From positions 1,146-65,145 of the forward strand of contig JBJMMR010000073.1 in NCBI GenBank assembly GCA_045804645.1: a DNA stretch of 64,000 bases. The letters are read 5' to 3'. Positions 59,482 to 64,000 of this stretch are shown here, piece by piece (position 1 is the first letter of the stretch; each line of letters begins with the position of its first letter). The position numbers were made by a program, and so were the translations under genes. Below the pieces are notes generated by a model, which was given only the letters and a program-made list of their open reading frames with translations, was not told where the DNA came from and made no database searches. Source of the DNA: Chloroflexota bacterium. GTDB taxonomy: Bacteria > Chloroflexota > Limnocylindria > Limnocylindrales > CSP1-4.

Positions 59482-59610
59482 ATGGAGCTGCTGATGTTCA
59501 TCGTGACGGTGCTGGCGATCCTCGCCCTGGTGGATGCCGGGGCGGTCCGCAAGGGTGTCGACTCGCGCGACGGTATCGGCGACGACTGGGCACGACGGAC
59601 CTTCGCGTGA
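59482..59610 (+). CDS. 42-aa single-TM micropeptide with GVDSRxGI motif (paralogue of 32056..32196)
   Basis: MELLMFIVTVLAILALVDAGAVRKGVDSRDGIGDDWARRTFA*. GAAGGAG lies 6 nt upstream of the ATG. It is an internal start of tracked ORF 59404..59610, 82 bp from and divergent to MocR copy 2. Confidence 0.55.
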   Translation: MELLMFIVTVLAILALVDAGAVRKGVDSRDGIGDDWARRTFA

Positions 59611-59740
59611 CGGACGCCGTAGACGCCCTTCCGCGGCCGGACCTCCCTTCGGACGACGGGCCGACGGATATGCCCGGATGTCGATTGATGCTGCCGTAAC
59701 GCGCCGGCGCCTAGGATCGAGGGTCACGAGGAGGTGCCGG

Positions 59741-60139
59741 ATGCTTGCCACTGACAAGGCCTATTCGAGCTTCGCCGCCAAGAACGTCGCCGCTGAGAAG
59801 CGGTTCTACTCAGAGACGCTCGGTCTCCAGGTGAACGAGCTGTACGGCGGCCAGCTCCTCGAGTTGAGGCTCGGCGCGAACAAGCGCGTCCTGATCTATC
59901 AGAAGGACGATTTCACGCCAGCGACGTACACCGTGCTCAACTTCCCGGTCCCAGACGTCGACGCGACCGTGGACGAGCTGGTCCGACGAGGGGTCGAGAT
60001 GGCGCGCTTCGACGGCTTCGATCAGGACGAGAAGGGCATCGCGCGACCTGGCCCGAACGGCGGGCCGACCCTCGCCTGGTTCCGCGATCCGGACGGCAAC
60101 ATCCTGGCCGTCCACAGCGACGAGCCTCCTCCCGACTGA
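59741..60139 (+). CDS. VOC (glyoxalase/bleomycin-resistance/dioxygenase) family protein
   Basis: ATG at 59741 after GAGGAGG in tracked ORF 59534..60139. FYSETLGL...AWFRDPDGNILAV. Confidence 0.8.
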   Translation: MLATDKAYSSFAAKNVAAEKRFYSETLGLQVNELYGGQLLELRLGANKRVLIYQKDDFTPATYTVLNFPVPDVDATVDELVRRGVEMARFDGFDQDEKGIARPGPNGGPTLAWFRDPDGNILAVHSDEPPPD

Positions 60140-60220
60140 CCCGCTTTCTCGGTGTGTACCGGTGCGGATGACGGTCGTGATCCGCGTCTTGAAGTGGTCG
60201 CCGACGGCTAGGCTTCGACG

Positions 60221-60733
60221 ATGTCCTACCCACCTCCGGCTTCGCCCTCCGCCTATCCGCCCGCCAAGTACGGCGGCGATCCGGGGCTCGTGAACGCTCG
60301 GCTCCGGCGAGCTGGTGCGCCCGAAGTCGAGAACAGGAACGGCGTGACCGCCGAGTACCTGGCGACCGGTGCCTCGACCAACGGGCAGTTCGGGCTGTAC
60401 CGCTGGAACATGTCACACGTTCGAAGCGGCCCGGATCCGCACTTCCACCGGTCGATCTCGGAGTCGTTCTTCGTGATCTCCGGGTCGATCAAGCTGTACG
60501 ACGGTCGCGACTGGATCGACGCCGCTCCCGGGGACTTCGTGTTCGTGCCCGAAGGTGGCATCCACGGCTTCCGCAACGAGTCCGGTGAAGAGGCGTCGAT
60601 GCTGATCCTGTTCGCTCCGGGCGCTCCCCGCGAGGACTACTTCGAGACCTTGGCTCGCGTATCGATGGGGGAGTCGATGACCGACGAAGAGCGGACCGCC
60701 TTCATGCTCCGCCACGACACGTTCTGGGTCTGA
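60221..60733 (+). CDS. Cupin domain protein
   Basis: 170 aa. PHFHRSISESFFVISG and GDFVFVPEGGIHGF cupin motifs. Confidence 0.75.
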   Translation: MSYPPPASPSAYPPAKYGGDPGLVNARLRRAGAPEVENRNGVTAEYLATGASTNGQFGLYRWNMSHVRSGPDPHFHRSISESFFVISGSIKLYDGRDWIDAAPGDFVFVPEGGIHGFRNESGEEASMLILFAPGAPREDYFETLARVSMGESMTDEERTAFMLRHDTFWV

Positions 60734-60735
60734 CG

Positions 60736-61107
60736 GTGGGATCGATCGTCCCGTTCGAGGAGCTCGACCCGAGCGAGCACTCGCACGAATTCGTCGGCGC
60801 GGACCACGGTGCCGTGCCGTTCAGCCTGATCCTCGTCCACTCGCAGCCGGGGGTCGGGCCGAAGGTCCACCGCCACCCGTATCCCGAGGTGTTCATCGTC
60901 GAGTCGGGACAGGCGACGTTCCAGATCGGCGATCAGTCGATCACCGTCGGGAGCGGGAACGTCGTCGTCAGTCCGGCCGGCGAGGCGCACGGCTTCGTGA
61001 ACAGCGGCGACGGGGAGCTGCACTTGACCGCGATCCACGGTGCCGGGCGGTTCTCCACGGAGTGGCTCGCCGGCGACGATCCGACCTGGGCGTCGAAGCG
61101 CCGCTAG
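60736..61107 (+). CDS. Cupin domain protein
   Basis: 123 aa, GTG start 2 nt after the upstream stop. KVHRHPYPEVFIVESG and GNVVVSPAGEAHGF. Confidence 0.7.
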   Translation: MGSIVPFEELDPSEHSHEFVGADHGAVPFSLILVHSQPGVGPKVHRHPYPEVFIVESGQATFQIGDQSITVGSGNVVVSPAGEAHGFVNSGDGELHLTAIHGAGRFSTEWLAGDDPTWASKRR

Positions 61108-61197
61108 CTCGTCCATCCCCAGCTGCGCCCGAGCGGCGCCATCGCACGCGAAACAGGTCACTTGCGGACGGCAAGCGACCGGCGTATGTTGTTGCAC

Positions 61198-61614
61198 ATG
61201 CAACCAACGACTGATGCGCGCTCAGCGCGCGACACCGCCGAGACGGACGCCCTCCGTCGCTTCCTCTCGCGTGGCGGCTTGATCGATATCTCCACGACGG
61301 GCCGGCGGACGGGCGAGCCCCGCCGAATCGAGATCGTCTTCCACAACATCGACGGCCGTCTGATCATCACGGGCCAGCCGCGGCGCCAGAAGCGAGCCTG
61401 GATCCTCAACCTCGAGGCGGACGCCCGGATGACGTTCCACATCAAGGGCGCGCTGACGGCGGACCTTCCCGCCACGGCGCGGATCATCACCGACCCGACC
61501 GAGCGTCGCGCGACCGCTGCGTGGGTCGTCAAGAACGCCTGGCATAACCAGGACGTCGATGCGATGACGGCCTATTCGCCGATGATCGAGGTCACGCTCG
61601 ACGCGCCTGTCTGA
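61198..61614 (+). CDS. Deazaflavin (F420)-dependent nitroreductase-like (DDN/DUF385) family protein
   Basis: ATG at 61198 in tracked ORF 61162..61614. STTGRRTGEPRRIEIVF...WILNLEADARMTF resembles the DDN family core. Confidence 0.65.
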   Translation: MQPTTDARSARDTAETDALRRFLSRGGLIDISTTGRRTGEPRRIEIVFHNIDGRLIITGQPRRQKRAWILNLEADARMTFHIKGALTADLPATARIITDPTERRATAAWVVKNAWHNQDVDAMTAYSPMIEVTLDAPV

Positions 61615-61776
61615 CGTCGCCGATACGCAACGCTAGGCTGGGCGTCCCCTCGACCGAGCGACGCCCGATGGCAGGTAGGGCTTCTTCCTAAGGGCCGTTG
61701 TTTTGCGGCCCGGGTAGGATGGGCGGTCCGAGTCGATGACGATGGGCCGAGCTAGCCAGCGATCCCAGGCCGCCCG

Positions 61777-63600
61777 ATGACCGGCGAAGCACGTTTCTGC
61801 CCCCAGTGCGGAACACGGCGCGTCGGCTTCTTCCGATTCTGCCCGAAGGACGGCTTCGACTACGACGAGCTGCTGGCGCCGGAGCAGCGCCGGCCGGCGG
61901 ACCCGAAGGCGTCCGCCCCGACGAAGTCGTCGGTCGTGAGCGCGACCGACCTGCGACAGGCCGCGATCACGCCGGCCCCGGCGGCGCGGCCTGCGGCGCC
62001 CGTACCGGTCGCGCCCGGGGGACCTGGCCCCGCGGCCGATGCGCCACCGCCACCGGCTACGGCTCCGAGGCGCGCGAGTGCGCCCGCCGCCGCGGCAGCC
62101 GCCGTCGCGACGGCCGCTCCACCCTCCGTTCGGCCGTCACCAGGGCCGGCCGCTCCATCGCCCACCGCACCACCGTCCGCGGCGCGGCCGCCGCAGCCCG
62201 CGCCCGCCCGTCCGACGAAGGTCGTTCCGGCCGCCGCCGTCGCTGCCGCCGCTCGGCTATCTGCTCCGCCGGCCGCGTCTCCGTCGACGACAGCAGCGCC
62301 TGCTGCGTCTCCATCCGCCGCCTCCGTACCCGGGGCCGCGCCCAAGGCTCCTCGCGCTGCTCCGGGCGCACGTCCTGTCACGTCGCCTCCCGCGCCGGCG
62401 GCACGTCCTCCCACGCCGCGTCCCGCCCAGGCGCCCCCCAGCCCGGCGCGTCCGACGCCGCCGGTGGCGGCCCCGGCTGCCGCCTCGGCCGCACCACCGA
62501 TCCCGGCCTCCTGGCCGCCGCCCGGCGCCCTGCCTGCCGACGAGCTCGAGCGCCGCACCTCGCCCTACGTACCGACGCCACAGCCCGCAGCGGGGAGTGT
62601 GGCGGGAGCGCATCTTGCGCCAGGGACCACGGCCCCTGCGGCGCAGGCGGTCACGACCCCGGCGCCGACAGAACAGGTCCGACCCCGGCGCGTCCTGTCG
62701 CGTCGTCCCGAGCTGACGCTGACCCGGATCGCGATCATCCTTCTGGCGGCACTGCTCGGCTTCAGTGCCCTGTCGAACATGGCTCGCTCGAACTCGAGCG
62801 CGTCGCAGCCGCCGACCCCGGCGAGCGGGGTCGATGCCTCACCGCTCACCGGCGAGGCGCCCGGCGCGAGCGCGGCCGTCTCGCCAAGCATCGTCACGGC
62901 CCCCGCGTTCCAGCCGTCCGCAACGACCCAGTTCGCTACGGTCACCAGCATCACCGACGGCGACACGATCAAGGTCGAGATCGACGGCACCGAGTTCCCC
63001 GTGCGATACATCGGAATGGATACCCCGGAGCCGGATGCGACCGACCCCGCCATCAAGCGCCTCGCTGACGCTGCGACGGCCGCCAACTCGGGACTCGTCG
63101 AGGGCAAGGAGGTGTACCTCGAGCGGGAGGTCTCAGATACCGATCGATTCGGGCGGTTACTGCGTGACGTGTGGCTCATCTCTGACGGCGGAAGCTATGT
63201 CCTCGTCAACCTTGAGCTCGTGCGGCTCGGATACGCGCAGATCTCGACGTTCCCGCCGGACGTCCGCTATGTCCGCGAGCTGACCGAGGCCCAACAGAAG
63301 GCGCAGGCCGATGGCGTCGGCATCTGGGGGATCGGCAAGGGGATCGCGCCAGGATCACCGGCCGCCGCCGGTGCGTCCGCGGCCGTCGCGCCAGGGGCAG
63401 GAGCCAGCCCGCAGGGCGTGGTCAGCGCAGGCGGCGCCGGGAAGTGCCACCCGTCGTACGATCCGTGCCTGCCGATCGTCGACGACCTCGATTGCGCTCA
63501 GGTCCGCGCCATGGGCAAGGCACCCGTGAAGGTGAAGGGGCCCGACGACTACATGCTCGACGCCGAGGAGGACGGTCTCGGCTGCGAAAGCAACGAATAG
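61777..63600 (+). CDS. Membrane-anchored thermonuclease: N-terminal zinc ribbon, ~270-aa Pro/Ala-rich region, TM, SNase domain, C-terminal Excalibur Ca-binding motif
   Basis: 607 aa. FCPQCG...FCPKDG; LTRIAIILLAALLGFSAL; SNase motifs GDTIKVEIDG..VRYIGMDTPE..RFGRLLRDVW..GVGIWG; C-terminal DAEEDGLGCE. Confidence 0.8.
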   Translation: MTGEARFCPQCGTRRVGFFRFCPKDGFDYDELLAPEQRRPADPKASAPTKSSVVSATDLRQAAITPAPAARPAAPVPVAPGGPGPAADAPPPPATAPRRASAPAAAAAAVATAAPPSVRPSPGPAAPSPTAPPSAARPPQPAPARPTKVVPAAAVAAAARLSAPPAASPSTTAAPAASPSAASVPGAAPKAPRAAPGARPVTSPPAPAARPPTPRPAQAPPSPARPTPPVAAPAAASAAPPIPASWPPPGALPADELERRTSPYVPTPQPAAGSVAGAHLAPGTTAPAAQAVTTPAPTEQVRPRRVLSRRPELTLTRIAIILLAALLGFSALSNMARSNSSASQPPTPASGVDASPLTGEAPGASAAVSPSIVTAPAFQPSATTQFATVTSITDGDTIKVEIDGTEFPVRYIGMDTPEPDATDPAIKRLADAATAANSGLVEGKEVYLEREVSDTDRFGRLLRDVWLISDGGSYVLVNLELVRLGYAQISTFPPDVRYVRELTEAQQKAQADGVGIWGIGKGIAPGSPAAAGASAAVAPGAGASPQGVVSAGGAGKCHPSYDPCLPIVDDLDCAQVRAMGKAPVKVKGPDDYMLDAEEDGLGCESNE

Positions 63601-63640
63601 CCGCGTGGCGACGCGCCGGCGCGAGGTGTCGGTAAACGAA

Positions 63641-63668
63641 GACGGGCGCCGCTCGCGCGGCGCCCGTC
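63641..63668. terminator. Bidirectional terminator hairpin between convergent genes
   Basis: GACGGGCGCCGC tcgc GCGGCGCCCGTC, a 12-bp perfect stem. Confidence 0.6.
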
Positions 63669-63687
63669 GATCTATCGCCCGACGACG

Positions 63688-64000
63688 TCAGTCGACGCGC
63701 TCGAAGAGGTGGTCGGCGACGTAGGCAGCCGTCCGGCGACCCAGTTGCGCGCCCTGTACGTCCGGGGTCCGGGTATGGAACCCGAGGTAGATGCGCGCGG
63801 TGATGGTGTCGCTGACGATGCTGCTGAGCCGGCTGTACGTACGGCTCGTCGTCGTCACGGGGCTCGTCAGGGTGATCCGGACCGCGTTCGTCCCGAAGAA
63901 CTCACGCGCGGCCTGGGTCGTGGCCCCCACGAAGCAGTTGTAACCCGACGGATGATCGGGATACGGCGGCGTCGGCAGCAGCGGCAGCCAGTCGCTCTGC
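63688..64000 (-). CDS. 3' part of a PAP2 / vanadium-haloperoxidase-like protein (5' end outside window)
   Basis: The frame stays open to the window edge beyond the tracked 63688..63930. ...PYPDHPSGYNCF...ARIYLGFHTRTPDVQG resembles the PSGH and (R)xxGxH motifs of the PAP2 superfamily. Confidence 0.5.
   Translation of the reverse strand, partial: QSDWLPLLPTPPYPDHPSGYNCFVGATTQAAREFFGTNAVRITLTSPVTTTSRTYSRLSSIVSDTITARIYLGFHTRTPDVQGAQLGRRTAAYVADHLFERVD

Noticed and set aside
1-64000. Search for rRNA, tRNA, transposase, integrase, phage or cas genes
   Set aside because: No ORF shows DDE, tyrosine or serine recombinase, or Cas motifs. I recognised no cloverleaf-like or rRNA-like stretch by eye in the intergenic regions. 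A tRNAscan, Infernal or ISfinder run would be needed for certainty.

Overview
Very GC-rich bacterial chromosomal segment (about 70% G+C by eye, not computed). Gene content and gene syntax look Actinomycetota-like: many GTG/TTG starts, ATGA/GTGA 4-nt stop-start overlaps, probable leaderless genes, and long Arg/Pro/Ala-rich shadow ORFs on non-coding frames. I support about 65 protein-coding genes. I found no rRNA, tRNA, CRISPR array, transposase or integrase. In order, the window holds: an Opp/Dpp-type peptide/nickel ABC importer flanked by two substrate-binding proteins with C-terminal TM anchors; an MFS transporter; tag glycosylase followed by a 45-aa CxxC zinc-ribbon ORF absent from the ORF track; three ABC-2-type exporter modules; a cupredoxin lipoprotein; an 1888-aa soluble histidine kinase made of 6 tandem GAF and 4 tandem PAS modules, with two response regulators; a GreA factor fused to a GIY-YIG-like N-terminal region; a class-C-like serine hydrolase; a DEAD-box helicase; a secreted protein with a caspase-fold-like His-Gly/Cys pair; HhH-GPD, radical-SAM (Rv2578c-like) and AlkZ/YcaQ-like DNA repair genes; two MocR-type regulators; a HipA-like kinase/DUF3037 pair; a WYL regulator plus PAC2; a TetR-GcvT-like-CrtI-like unit; two ECF sigma modules; several cupins, a VOC protein and an F420-type DDN-like enzyme; and a membrane-anchored thermonuclease. 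The observations most worth following up are these. (1) Both MocR regulators are divergently paired with paralogous ~45-aa single-TM micropeptides sharing an R-x-G-V-D-S-R-x-G-I motif. (2) The GreA fusion. (3) A family of dispersed and tandem intergenic repeats at four loci: two ~175-nt elements built on GTGATGCA/TGCATCAC, and two 72-nt homologous segments embedded in composite tandem-repeat regions. (4) An overlapping HipA-like kinase/DUF3037 module. (5) Hairpins with C-rich loops in a 538-bp divergent intergenic region. All family assignments come from motif recognition by eye. No database search was run.
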